Of a stretch of 64,000 bases of DNA, positions 18,806 to 28,741 are shown one piece after another. This stretch comes from Terriglobia bacterium (GTDB lineage Bacteria; Acidobacteriota; Terriglobia; 2-12-FULL-54-10): contig CAXVYR010000004.1 in NCBI GenBank assembly GCA_963666975.2, positions 1,664,001 to 1,728,000 on the forward strand, written 5' to 3'. Made by a program: the position numbers and the translations under genes. The notes under the pieces were generated by a model. The model had not been told where the DNA came from and made no database searches. It saw nothing but the letters and a program-made list of their open reading frames with translations. Within the stretch, counting starts at the first letter, position 1. Each line of letters begins with the position of its first letter.

Positions 18806-21706
18806 ATGACCCAAGCGAGCGAACTCGAGTTCGAGCTGAAAAAAGCGGTTCGGGGAGAGGTGCGCTTCGACGCCTACTCGCGCACCCTGTATTCCACCGA
18901 CGCCAGCATCTACCGCGTGGAACCGCTCGGCGTCGTGATCCCGCGCGACCGCGATGACGTCATAGCGGCGCTCGAAGTCGCCCGGCGGCATCAAGCGCCG
19001 GTTTTGCCACGCGGAGGCGGCACCAGCCTGGCGGGACAGGCCATCGGCCGTGCCGTCATCTTCGATTTTTCCAAATACATGAACCGGGTGATTGGGGTGA
19101 GTCCCGAGGAACGGCGCGTCCGCGTGCAGCCGGGCGTGGTGCTGGATGAGCTGAACGAGCAGCTTCGCCCCCACGGACTGTTTTTTCCTCCGGACCCGGC
19201 CAGCGCCAGCCGCTCCAGCATTGGAGGCATGATCGGAAACAACTCCTCCGGCGCGCGGTCCATCGTCTACGGCAAAACCGTGGATTACCTCCACAGTCTG
19301 CGGCTGGCCCTCTCCGGCGGCGAGGAGATTCAGACAAGATCGCTCTCGCCGGAGGAACTCGGCGCAAAGCGAAAAGGACAGAGCCGCGAGAACCGGATCT
19401 ACGAACAACTGCTCCGGCTGGCTGGCGAGAATCGCGAGGAGATCGACAGGCGGTTTCCGAAGATCCTGCGCCGCGTAGGGGGATACAACCTGGATGCTTG
19501 TCTCGAACCCAATCACATCAACCTGAGCCGGTTGATCGCCGGTTCGGAGGGCACCCTCGGCGTCGTCACCGAGGCGGAGATCACGCTGGCGGTCCGGCCC
19601 CGGGCTGCGGTGCTGCTGGTGGCGCACTTTCGGGAGCTGGCCGAGGCGCTGGAGGCCACGCAGGTGCTTCTCGAAACCGGCCCGACCGCGGTGGAGTTGA
19701 TCGACAAGATGATCCTCGATATGACGCGGGGCACGCAGGAATACCGCCGCCGCATGACTTTTGTCGAGGGAGACCCGGCCGCGTTGCTGGTGGTGGAATA
19801 CTCCGGCGAGGACCCCGGCGAGTTGGCGGCACGCCTGGACCATGCCGAAGCGAAGCTGCGCCGCGCGGGGATGGGGTACGCTTTCCTGAAGGCCGTCGAT
19901 GCTCCCTCGCAAGCCAACATCTGGAAAGTTCGCAAGGCGGGACAAGGTTTGCTGATTGGAATGGTGGGCGACCGCAAGCCGATCTCTTTTGTGGAAGACA
20001 CTGCCGTCGCTCCGGAAAAACTTCCGGCCTACATTGCGCGGTTTCGCGAGATCATCCGGGAGCACGACACCACGGCTGCCATCTACGCGCACGCCAGCGT
20101 GGGATGCCTGCACATCCGTCCGCTGATCGACCTGAAGCAACCCGCCGAGGTGCGGAAGATGCGGTCGCTGGCCGAGGCGGTCTCCGGGCTGGTGCTGGAG
20201 TTCGGTGGCGCATTGAGCGGCGAGCACGGCGACGGAATGGTTCGCAGCCCCTTTAATAAAAAAATGTTCGGCGCACAACTCTATGAAGCCTTCCGTCAGG
20301 TGAAGCGCGCCTTTGACCCGGAAGGGCTGATGAACCCCGGCAAGATCGTCGATGCCGCTCCCATGACCGAAAATCTGCGGATGACGCCCGCCCCGCCGTA
20401 TGAGGTGGGCAAGACCCGTTTCGACTACAGCAGCCAGGGGGGATTTGCGGGCGCCGTCCAAATGTGCAGCGGCGTGGGCGCTTGCCGCAAGCGCGGGGAG
20501 GGAACCATGTGTCCTTCTTACAGAGTCACCGGCGAGGAGGAGCACTCCACGCGGGGCCGCGCCGTGCTGTTGCAGGCGGCGCTCGACGGCAGTCTGCCGC
20601 CGGAGGAGCTCAGCTCCACTCGGATGTTCGAGGCGCTGGACCTGTGCCTGGAGTGCAAGGGCTGCAAGGGAGAGTGCCCGGCCAACGTGGACATGGCCAA
20701 ATTGAAGTATGAGTTCCTGGCGCGCTACTACCAGCGGCATCCGGTCCCCCTGCGCGTCCGTTTGTTCGGGGAGGTCGCCAGGCTCAATGAAAAGGCCTCG
20801 CGCTTTGCTCCGGTCTACAACTGGGCTATCGGGAACGGGCTGGTCCGCCGCGCGATGGAACGGATGGCGGGCATTGACCGCAGGCGTCCGCTCCCGACGC
20901 TGGCCCGGCAGAGGTTTTCCAGATGGTTTGCTGATCGGAAGGGAGCAGGCGGCAGCGCGACTCGTGGCACACGCCGTCCCGCGGTCGGCCTGTTTGTCGA
21001 TACCTTCACCGAGTTCCACTACCCGGAGGTGGGGAAGGCGGCGACACGGGTTCTGGAGGCTTTCGGGTATCAGGTCAGGCGTCTGGAGAGCGTGTGCTGC
21101 GGGCGACCCTTGATCTCAAAAGGCCTGCTCGACCGCGCCCTGGAAAACGCTCGCGCCAACTTGCAGGTTCTGGGGAAAGCCGCAGACGAGGGAATGCCCG
21201 TTGTCGGGTTGGAGCCGAGCTGCTTGCTGACGTTTCGGGATGAATATCTCGACATGGTTCCGGGGCCGGAGGCGCAGCGGATTGCCAAAAATACTTTTCT
21301 GCTGGAAGAGTTTCTCGACCCCGGCAGCCAGCATCAACACCCCAACCCGGCATGGCGTTTCCGGCCGCTGCGGCAACAGGGCTTGTTTCATGGCCATTGC
21401 CACCTGAAGGCGCTGGTGGGCAGCGAGCCTTCTTTGAGACTTTTGCGGAGCATTCCAGGCTTTGAGGTCCAGGAGGTGGACTCGGGCTGCTGCGGCATGG
21501 CTGGCGCTTTCGGATTTGAGAAGGAGCACTACGATTTCTCGATGGCAGTTGCGGAAACCAAGCTTCTCCCGGCCGTGCGGTCACTTGCTCCGGATGCGAT
21601 GGTGGTGGCCGCCGGGGTTTCCTGCCGCCAGCAGATCCTTCACGCTACCGGCCGCCAACCGCTCCACCCCGCCGAGGTCTGCGAGCGGGCTTTGATCTCA
21701 TCCTAA
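18806..21706 (+). CDS. FAD-linked 2-hydroxyacid dehydrogenase fused to 4Fe-4S and CCG domains (YdiJ-like)
   Basis: YSTDASIY, RGGGTSLAGQ, GEHGDG, CLECKGCKGECP, two CCG motifs. Confidence 0.92.
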   Translation: MTQASELEFELKKAVRGEVRFDAYSRTLYSTDASIYRVEPLGVVIPRDRDDVIAALEVARRHQAPVLPRGGGTSLAGQAIGRAVIFDFSKYMNRVIGVSPEERRVRVQPGVVLDELNEQLRPHGLFFPPDPASASRSSIGGMIGNNSSGARSIVYGKTVDYLHSLRLALSGGEEIQTRSLSPEELGAKRKGQSRENRIYEQLLRLAGENREEIDRRFPKILRRVGGYNLDACLEPNHINLSRLIAGSEGTLGVVTEAEITLAVRPRAAVLLVAHFRELAEALEATQVLLETGPTAVELIDKMILDMTRGTQEYRRRMTFVEGDPAALLVVEYSGEDPGELAARLDHAEAKLRRAGMGYAFLKAVDAPSQANIWKVRKAGQGLLIGMVGDRKPISFVEDTAVAPEKLPAYIARFREIIREHDTTAAIYAHASVGCLHIRPLIDLKQPAEVRKMRSLAEAVSGLVLEFGGALSGEHGDGMVRSPFNKKMFGAQLYEAFRQVKRAFDPEGLMNPGKIVDAAPMTENLRMTPAPPYEVGKTRFDYSSQGGFAGAVQMCSGVGACRKRGEGTMCPSYRVTGEEEHSTRGRAVLLQAALDGSLPPEELSSTRMFEALDLCLECKGCKGECPANVDMAKLKYEFLARYYQRHPVPLRVRLFGEVARLNEKASRFAPVYNWAIGNGLVRRAMERMAGIDRRRPLPTLARQRFSRWFADRKGAGGSATRGTRRPAVGLFVDTFTEFHYPEVGKAATRVLEAFGYQVRRLESVCCGRPLISKGLLDRALENARANLQVLGKAADEGMPVVGLEPSCLLTFRDEYLDMVPGPEAQRIAKNTFLLEEFLDPGSQHQHPNPAWRFRPLRQQGLFHGHCHLKALVGSEPSLRLLRSIPGFEVQEVDSGCCGMAGAFGFEKEHYDFSMAVAETKLLPAVRSLAPDAMVVAAGVSCRQQILHATGRQPLHPAEVCERALISS

Positions 21707-21832
21707 GGTCGTCATCCTAAAAGGCCTCGAATTGCTATGGTTGCCTCACAAGGTCAGCAGCCGTCCCAAAAGGAAACAGATTCAGCGCAGCAGATAGGTC
21801 AATCGGGAGAAGCGTGGCGGGGAGGTTCCTGC

Positions 21833-22126
21833 TTACGAGCGTTTGCGCTGATAGTGTCGTTCCATGTATTGCTGTATATCCTGCTCGCCGATATTCAGGC
21901 GGGATTTGGCGAGCGACTCTTGGGTTTCGATATCCAGTTCCTTCTGCAATAGCTCAAAGCAGATCGATGGGCCGTCCTGATATTGCAAGGAGGTCGAGCG
22001 AAACAAATCCAATGGAACCTTGACAGTGAACTGGCGGGATTCCCGCAGGGCGTCAATCACGAGGAAATTATAATCGCGAGAAGCGCGCGCAACAACCAAA
22101 CCATCATACTGTATTAGGATACTCAT
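21833..22126 (-). CDS. hypothetical protein
   Basis: Clean 97-aa ORF with AAGGA RBS, downstream of the RRM gene. Confidence 0.65.
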   Translation of the reverse strand: MSILIQYDGLVVARASRDYNFLVIDALRESRQFTVKVPLDLFRSTSLQYQDGPSICFELLQKELDIETQESLAKSRLNIGEQDIQQYMERHYQRKRS

Positions 22127-22280
22127 CCACGCATCCTTGAATGATCGGCGAATGATCAGCTTTGCGGCTTCCGTTCGACGGCAGCCAAATTCTGCTGGGT
22201 TGCCATCGGCCTCTCAGAGAGGGCATTGGGGGCGACTTCCGTCGCCCCCAGAGGAAATTTTGTTGGAATTTCGTTGCTTG

Positions 22281-22634
22281 CTACCAGCGCGGTTCGCGTG
22301 ATTGGTAGCCGCCGCCGCCGCCGCCACGACCGCCGCCGCCACCACGACCGCCGCCGCCGCCGCCGCCGCCCCGCGGCCCGCTGCGCTCCGGCTTGGGACG
22401 CGCTTCATTCACGTTCAAGGCTCGTCCGTCCAGTTCCTTGCCATTCAACTCCGTGATTGCCTTGGTCGCTTCACCGTCATCGGCCAATTCCACGAAAGCG
22501 AAACCGCGGGCCCGTCCCGTATCGCGATCCGTCATCACCTGGAGGCGCGTGATCTCTCCATACGGCTCAAAGATCGACCGCAGTTCATGTTCCGTGGTTT
22601 GGAAACTCAGGTTTCCTACAAATAAATTCTTCAT
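22281..22634 (-). CDS. RRM RNA-binding protein with Gly-rich tail
   Basis: RNP2 LFVGNL, RNP1 RGFAFVEL. Confidence 0.93.
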   Translation of the reverse strand: MKNLFVGNLSFQTTEHELRSIFEPYGEITRLQVMTDRDTGRARGFAFVELADDGEATKAITELNGKELDGRALNVNEARPKPERSGPRGGGGGGGGRGGGGGRGGGGGGYQSREPRW

Positions 22635-23289
22635 TCTCTTTTCTCTTTTCTCCTTAAGTTTGCCGCACCGCTCTTGTGAAGCGGTCAGGTCAGCCGGCCA
22701 TAGAGCGGGTTGCACCGTAACGGCTATTGGCATTTGATGGAGTCAACTAGGCAGGAAGCAAACGACAGTTGTGAATGGTTTCAAGCGAACCGACTTTCTC
22801 AAATACTCGGTTTAGTATGGCAATGTTTGCCGCTAACACCGCGCGAGACGAAATTGGGGAAAAATGAAGGGTGCAGAAACTATGTAGTTTTTCGCAGGCG
22901 TGGGAATAATAGAGGATACAAGCTGGCCGCAACCTGACCGTCGGGCCGTCGCTTACGGAAATGAATCTACTCCCCCCTTCCGAGCGCCGGAGGCGGACCC
23001 TTTCCGGAACTTCTCTTATCCCAGCTTCGACCCGGTATAGGCTGATTCGGAGCGCGCTATAACGCCCGCGCAGCCCGGAGGGAAAATTTTTACCGAAGGG
23101 ATCAAGGATCAGGGACAAATCAAGCCGAGGCCCGCGCAGATCCTATTCCTACCATACGTAACGTCACAATGATGTGCGCACCTCACGAAGAATGATCTTG
23201 CTTTATGGACCTCGCGATGCGGTTTACGCTCAATTATCTATGTCGCCATGTATAGTTACAGCATTTTACGGATTGATGTATAGGGGTTC

Positions 23290-23388
23290 GTCAGGGCACG
23301 ACTTCAGTCGTGCCGCAACGAGGCCAGCCATCAGGGGTTTTAACCCCTGATGGGACCCGATAGAAAAATATGAACCGCAGCGGCTAAA
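23290..23388. repeat. family A REP-like element, partial
   Basis: GTCAGGGCACGACTTCAGTCGTGCC..GGGGTTTTAACCCCTGA..GCGGCTAAA. Confidence 0.65.
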
Positions 23389-23811
23389 GAGTCTGTGTGA
23401 AAACCCCTCTTAACTGATCTCGTATAATGCACCGCAAGGAGGCGCGATGAAATAGTTGACTGACAACCCCAAACAAGGCTATCTGCTGCCGCCCAGCGTG
23501 CGAGACGTACTCGGAGAAGGGCACGTTAGTTTCTTTCTGCACCGAGCCGTGGAGCGGTTGGACCTGAGCACATTCGAGCAGGGATACGTCGAGCAAGGAC
23601 GCCCGGCCTATCACCCTGTCCTGCTGCTGAAGGTGTGGCTGTATGCCTCCGTGTTGGGGCTCACCTCGGCGCGGCGGCTGGAGCAACGGATTCGGGAAGA
23701 CCTGGCGTTTCGGTATCTGGCGGCAGGAGCGGATTGAGAAACCAGAAGGTATGCTGTTATGCATCAGCGGGTTCGTCCCAAAACAAAAATCGGAGGTTTT
23801 TACACAGACTC
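23389..23811 (+). mobile_element. internally deleted IS1182-family element (423 bp)
   Basis: IRs GAGTCTGTGTGAAAAC / GTTTTTACACAGACTC; only the transposase N-terminus remains (LLPPS..GRPAYHPVLLLKVWLYA..SARRLE..DLAFRYL). Confidence 0.85.
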
Positions 23812-23837
23812 TTTAGGCCCTGGCGTTGGGGGCCTTT

Positions 23838-24155
23838 CTAAGTATTCCTCGCCTGCTGCGCCAGCGCGGCTCGCAACTCTTCTAAGAACCGCCCGAAATT
23901 TTCAAGCGGCTCGCCTTCAGCTTCAACCTGCTTTGACTTGTAAACAAACATTGGGCGGCCTTTGCGCTCCACCAGCAGGGCGATCTGCCCGTCGAGAAGA
24001 TACCCGGCCGAGCTGAACAGCTTCACTCCGCCTTCCGGTGTGGGCTCCAGCAGCGCAGCGCAGTTGTACTTCTCCACGGCCATGTGACGCGGGTAGGCCG
24101 GAAAGCTGCGAAAAGTGAAACCCCGCTCCAGGAGGTTTTCCAATATCTCCATCAC
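23838..24155 (-). CDS. hypothetical protein
   Basis: 105-aa ORF, co-oriented with the radical SAM gene. Confidence 0.6.
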   Translation of the reverse strand: MMEILENLLERGFTFRSFPAYPRHMAVEKYNCAALLEPTPEGGVKLFSSAGYLLDGQIALLVERKGRPMFVYKSKQVEAEGEPLENFGRFLEELRAALAQQARNT

Positions 24156-24219
24156 GTATCACTCTAATCCTGGCTAATCCTGGTTCCAAATCCCCGGACT
24201 ACACTACGGTGAGTAGGGT

Positions 24220-25287
24220 CTAGGCGGGCTGGAAGTCGCGCGCGTCCCGGAAGGGAAGGCTCGGATCATCGAAGTCCGGGCGGTAATAGTCCGGGGCGTC
24301 CGACTCCAGCGGCTGTATCCAACCATTTTCAAATCCAAGCCGGTCCACGATCTCTAGCGCCTGTTCCCACTCCCGTGGACGAATCTTGCGGTTCAGCAAC
24401 GGGAACAACTCCTCGCCGCTCCGCCGGGCGGCCTTGCCCACCTTGTGCGTGGGATAATATTGCGCCATCAGGCTCAGCGTTACGCGAGGGGAGAGATGAT
24501 CGTGTATCCACTCCAGGCTCTCGCGGATTCCGGCCAGCTCGTTCGGCAGCACCAGCAGCCGGATCACCAAGCCCCGGCGCAGGAGTCCCTGCTCAGCTTC
24601 ATCCATCACAACCTTGTCGCCCACCTGGCGGTACATCTCCCGGATGGCGGCGCGGGCGCTCTCGACGTAATGGGGTATTTGGGAGTACTCGCGGGCCACG
24701 CTGCTGGAGCTGTATTTCAGGTCGGGCAGGTAGATGTCGAAGATTCCCTCCAGTTGCCGCAGCGCCTCCACGCTGTCGTAGGCGTTGGTGTTATAGATCA
24801 GAGGAAGACGCAGGCCGCCGGCGACTGCGAGGTTCAGCGCCCGCACAATTTGCGCCGAAAAATGGGTGGGGGAGACGAAGCCGATGTTGTGGCAGCCCTG
24901 CTCTTGCAACTCCAGCATCATGGCTGCCAGCCGCTCGAAGCTGGTTTCGCCCGACTGACGGAAGTTCTGGCTGATCTGCCAGTTTTGGCAGTAAGAGCAC
25001 CGCAGGTTGCAGTGGCCGAGAAAGATGTTTCCGGCTCCTTTGGCCTTCCCTGCCTCGAGATGAGTTCCGCTGAGCGCAGGCTCTTCCCCGAAGTGCGGCC
25101 CGTAGGAGGAGACAATCGGCAGATAGCCGGCCACGCATACCTTTGTTTCGTTTTGAATCCGGTTCACGCGGCAGTCCCACGGACACAGCGTGCAGGATTC
25201 CAGCATCTGCTCCAAGCGGTCGGCGCGCCGGGCCAACTCACCGCTTTCTGCCAGACGAAGGTAAGATGGAAGGATTGGGTCAGACAT
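24220..25287 (-). CDS. PflX-like radical SAM protein
   Basis: CTLCPWDC, HFGEEP, CNLRCSYCQN, DIYLPDLKY. Confidence 0.9.
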   Translation of the reverse strand: MSDPILPSYLRLAESGELARRADRLEQMLESCTLCPWDCRVNRIQNETKVCVAGYLPIVSSYGPHFGEEPALSGTHLEAGKAKGAGNIFLGHCNLRCSYCQNWQISQNFRQSGETSFERLAAMMLELQEQGCHNIGFVSPTHFSAQIVRALNLAVAGGLRLPLIYNTNAYDSVEALRQLEGIFDIYLPDLKYSSSSVAREYSQIPHYVESARAAIREMYRQVGDKVVMDEAEQGLLRRGLVIRLLVLPNELAGIRESLEWIHDHLSPRVTLSLMAQYYPTHKVGKAARRSGEELFPLLNRKIRPREWEQALEIVDRLGFENGWIQPLESDAPDYYRPDFDDPSLPFRDARDFQPA

Positions 25288-25682
25288 CAACGCTCCAGAC
25301 ACTAACGCTCAAAACATTAACGCTATTGTAACATGAGCTTTGCTCCTCTCCGGAGCCACGCTCCACCTGCGCCGGCCCGAGCGCCAGGCAGAACTTTGTA
25401 TGGAGACGGCTACGGCCAAAGATCTAACTATTTTGAAATCAGAAACTTTCGTATGGCAGCCGGGCTGCGTAGCCGTACCGGAGGCATTCGTCGCAAGGAT
25501 TGCCGACTTGCCCCGCGCGGCTCGCCACAATGCGGCTCAGTGGCGAAAAAATTGAACGAGACTTGCGGCGCGATAGTGGTGTAGAATAAAGGGGAGTTGC
25601 GACTCATTATCAATAATAGTTACACATCAGAGTGTGACCTGGAGATATTGCTGGAAGTGTCAATTTCAGGGGGAGGTTCTAG

Positions 25683-26294
25683 ATGAAGAGTGTTGTCACC
25701 GGCGTTTTTTTCTTGTGCATGGTGGTTATAGTCATGGCCGGTCAAGCTGCCGCTCAGGAGCAACCGGGCGAGGCAGAGCAGGCTCCCATTGATCCGAAAG
25801 TTACATCAAGGGTGACGCTGGGAAGCAGTTCGGGGACGCCAGGCACGTCGCTCGTAGTTCCCATTTACTTTACGCCGGCTGAAGGTTTGCAGGTAGGACG
25901 ATTGAAGCTGGATGTGAACTTCGTCAGCACCAACCTCAAATTTAGCAAGCTCGATGCCGGTATCGCCGCCGAGCTGGGAAACGTGACTATAAACACCGAC
26001 GTGCAGGTGGGCGAGAATGAGGATGGATTGGAGACTACGACGCTGGCGATTACGGCGTCGTTTCCCCCGGGGGAGCCACCCGAGAAAGGAATCCCCGCAG
26101 GTTTGCTGGGCTATTTGACCATGCGGATTGAGGAAGACGGACGGGCCGCCAGCATCACCCTGCGCACTAGCGCGGAGGGTTCCTCATTAGGCTCGAACGA
26201 GCCCCTGAAGGACCTGCGATCCTTTGACGCCACGGTGGATGTTCTCGCGCCGGGCACACAGCCGCTTGTTGCTTGCTTTTTTTTCACCCATTAG
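25683..26294 (+). CDS. exported beta-sandwich (cohesin-like) protein ending in CFFFTH
   Basis: Signal peptide; GTPGTSLVVPIYF..LKLDVNF beta-strand pattern; GGAGG RBS. Confidence 0.6.
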   Translation: MKSVVTGVFFLCMVVIVMAGQAAAQEQPGEAEQAPIDPKVTSRVTLGSSSGTPGTSLVVPIYFTPAEGLQVGRLKLDVNFVSTNLKFSKLDAGIAAELGNVTINTDVQVGENEDGLETTTLAITASFPPGEPPEKGIPAGLLGYLTMRIEEDGRAASITLRTSAEGSSLGSNEPLKDLRSFDATVDVLAPGTQPLVACFFFTH

Positions 26295-26327
26295 CGGAAG
26301 ACGGAGGGTCCTGCCTCACGGCTGCCG

Positions 26328-27125
26328 ATGGCCCTATATTCCTGCATGAGCAAGATAACTATTCAGGCGATGGTTCCTGCCAGGATTTCGCTTCGGGTCA
26401 TTCTGCTTCTTGTCATGGGAGCAGCGGGCTCGCCCCTGTGTTTGCGGGCTGCAGATGCTCCGGCTGAGCTGACGCTTTCTCAGTTTCGCGCGCAGGTCCG
26501 CGAGCAAACCCCGCCTGCAAAGCAGGCCGATTCCACCAAGCGTGCCGTGGAAGTGTTCCTTAAGTTGGTAATTGCGCAAGGCAGGGAAGCTGCGGCGCGG
26601 CAGAATCTCGACCGGCTGTCCGGGTGGCACGAGGCGGCACAGGCGCGCCTGGAAACGCAGAGCATCCCTCCGCTGGAGGTGGAAATATTGCGCTTTTCCG
26701 AAGCCAGCGCTGCCGCCCGGGCGGCACAATTTCAAACCGAACGTCGCAGGGCTTTGCAGCAGGCCAACCTCTTGCTCGGCAGAGCCCCGGACGCCTCCCT
26801 CGTGGCCCTGACGCAGGCAATTGCCGTAACAGCTTCGGACAACATAGGCGAACAGTCCGGCATCCCACTTCTTAGTGGGGAGCAGCCGGCGTCCCCGCAA
26901 ACACAAGAAGAATGGGAGGATTTCGCCAGCCGCATAGCTCAGTTCGAGACAGAGTTGCTGCCGCAGGGGCGCGATTTGCTGGCCAAAATGTACCAGAGCT
27001 ATTTGCTGGGCGGCACCCGGCTGAGCGCTCTGCTGAGACAGGAAAGCGAAGTTTATCAGACGGAGTTACAATATAGGCTGCTGTTGGTGGAAGCGGAAAG
27101 GATGCTTGCGCCAACACAAAGTTGA
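26328..27125 (+). CDS. short TolC/CzcC-like helical protein
   Basis: Signal peptide, helical repeats, ELLPQGRDLLAKMYQSYLLGGTRLSALL resembles OEP C-terminal repeat; RND context. Confidence 0.55.
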   Translation: MALYSCMSKITIQAMVPARISLRVILLLVMGAAGSPLCLRAADAPAELTLSQFRAQVREQTPPAKQADSTKRAVEVFLKLVIAQGREAAARQNLDRLSGWHEAAQARLETQSIPPLEVEILRFSEASAAARAAQFQTERRRALQQANLLLGRAPDASLVALTQAIAVTASDNIGEQSGIPLLSGEQPASPQTQEEWEDFASRIAQFETELLPQGRDLLAKMYQSYLLGGTRLSALLRQESEVYQTELQYRLLLVEAERMLAPTQS

Positions 27126-27223
27126 CCGGAGTTGACCATAACCCTCCGCGAACTCGGCTTCATCGGGAAACAAACCCGCCGGACCGTTCGGCAGGAATTT
27201 GGTCAAAGAGCAGGGAATGTATA

Positions 27224-27805
27224 ATGAAACATGGAATGAAAACCACGCCACGTTTTGTTCTCGCTTTGTGTTTATTGCTTTGCTTGCTGCCGGGAAGTTC
27301 TCTGCTGGCCCATGAAACGGGCTTCCCGGAGGAGACCCTGAAGAAAGTCTTTCCGGAGGCCACCGGTTTCACACTCCGCAAAAAGACCTTGACGCCAGGC
27401 CAGTTAAGACAAGCCGAGCAACTCTCCGGCAGCAAGGTGCAGCGCAACGACAATCCTTTGTCCCTCTATGTGGCGCTCGGCAAGAGTGGAGATGGTTCCG
27501 GCGTGTTGGGAACCGTATTGATGCTCGATACCCGGGGACCCATGGGGGGGATCGACTTGGCGGTCGGCTTCAAACGGGATGGCAGTGTCAACCGGGTGGT
27601 TGTGGTTGAAAATGCCGATGATCCCGGCCTCGGCTCAGCCGGTTTCCTGGACCAGATTCAGGGAAAAGGACTAGAGGCTGATTTGTCGGTGGGTCAGGAT
27701 ATTCAATTTTCCGGAGACGCCAAGTCCGCCCAGGCTCTTCTGAATGCCGTGCGCCGGGGCCTGTACTTTTTGGAGGCGGCCGGATTGATGTCCGCAGCGA
27801 AATAA
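27224..27805 (+). CDS. exported FMN-binding-domain-like protein
   Basis: LKKVFPEATGF, RGPMGGIDLAVGFKRDGSV, FLDQIQGK; flavinylation motif degenerate (FSGDAKSA). Confidence 0.65.
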   Translation: MKHGMKTTPRFVLALCLLLCLLPGSSLLAHETGFPEETLKKVFPEATGFTLRKKTLTPGQLRQAEQLSGSKVQRNDNPLSLYVALGKSGDGSGVLGTVLMLDTRGPMGGIDLAVGFKRDGSVNRVVVVENADDPGLGSAGFLDQIQGKGLEADLSVGQDIQFSGDAKSAQALLNAVRRGLYFLEAAGLMSAAK

Positions 27806-27817
27806 GAGAAATAGAAA

Positions 27818-28741
27818 ATGCAAAGGGAAGAAAAAAACAGGAAAGCCAAGAAAGCAAGGTCCGCCGCAATGCCTGCTGGTGGCAGCCTGCGCCCCCGCTG
27901 GACAGCGGGTTTCCGGTCATGGGCAGGTTGCGCGGGTCTGTTGGTCTTCGGGAGTTTTTTGTTTTCCGGCGCCGCCAGCGGAGCGGAGCCGGCAACAGTT
28001 TTAGGGGAAGTGGTTCCTCTTCCCGACACAGTGGTGGAGGTCCAGTGCCCCGCCGCCGGGCGAATCATATCGCCGCGGGAGAAACCTCTTACGGTGGGGG
28101 AAAAGGTGAAGGCCGGGGACCCGCTGGCAGTCATCGAGCACCATTTCGTATTGCACGATGCCGCCCACCTTTCCAATACCCTCTGGAATCTGCTGATCGC
28201 CATGCTGGATGCCCGCGGGGTTGCCTTGGAAGCGAGGATCAAGCGGGAAAAAGCGGAGCGCCTTCTCGGGCTCGGCAGTGTCTCCGGCCAGCAGGTGCAG
28301 GAGTTGCGTGCCGCCGAACTGGTGGCGAAGGCGGAGTATGACAAACGCAGGACGCTGCACGAACAGCAGGATTCACAGCTCCAGAAGACGGAGTTGGTGC
28401 GCCGGGGAATCTTTTCTCCCATCGACGGAGACGTCAGCTTCACGAACTTCACGCAAGGCCAAGTCGTCAACGAGGGAACCCTGTTGTTCCGGATCGTCAA
28501 TATGAAGGAAGTCGGAGTCTCCGCGCGCTTTGCAGAAACGGATCGCAACCGCCTGCGGCCGGACTCGACCGTCAGCGTTCGTTTTGACAACGTGCCTGGA
28601 AAGGTCTTTACCGGCCGCCTGGAAGTGGTGCCGCCCGCGGTCAATCCGGTGACGCGCACCTGGGACGTTCTGTTTCGCGTGGAAAATCCCGGCGAATATC
28701 TCCGCTTTGGGATGATTGGCCGGGTGGAGTTGTCCCTATGA
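27818..28741 (+). CDS. RND periplasmic adaptor (MFP) 1
   Basis: VGEKVKAGDPL, SPIDGDV, VNPVTRT. Confidence 0.85.
   Translation: MQREEKNRKAKKARSAAMPAGGSLRPRWTAGFRSWAGCAGLLVFGSFLFSGAASGAEPATVLGEVVPLPDTVVEVQCPAAGRIISPREKPLTVGEKVKAGDPLAVIEHHFVLHDAAHLSNTLWNLLIAMLDARGVALEARIKREKAERLLGLGSVSGQQVQELRAAELVAKAEYDKRRTLHEQQDSQLQKTELVRRGIFSPIDGDVSFTNFTQGQVVNEGTLLFRIVNMKEVGVSARFAETDRNRLRPDSTVSVRFDNVPGKVFTGRLEVVPPAVNPVTRTWDVLFRVENPGEYLRFGMIGRVELSL

Noticed and set aside
22308-22372. GCC-rich microsatellite (also 37620-37655, 37886-37925)
   Set aside because: Encodes the Gly-rich RRM tail and the poly-Pro linkers of Pal
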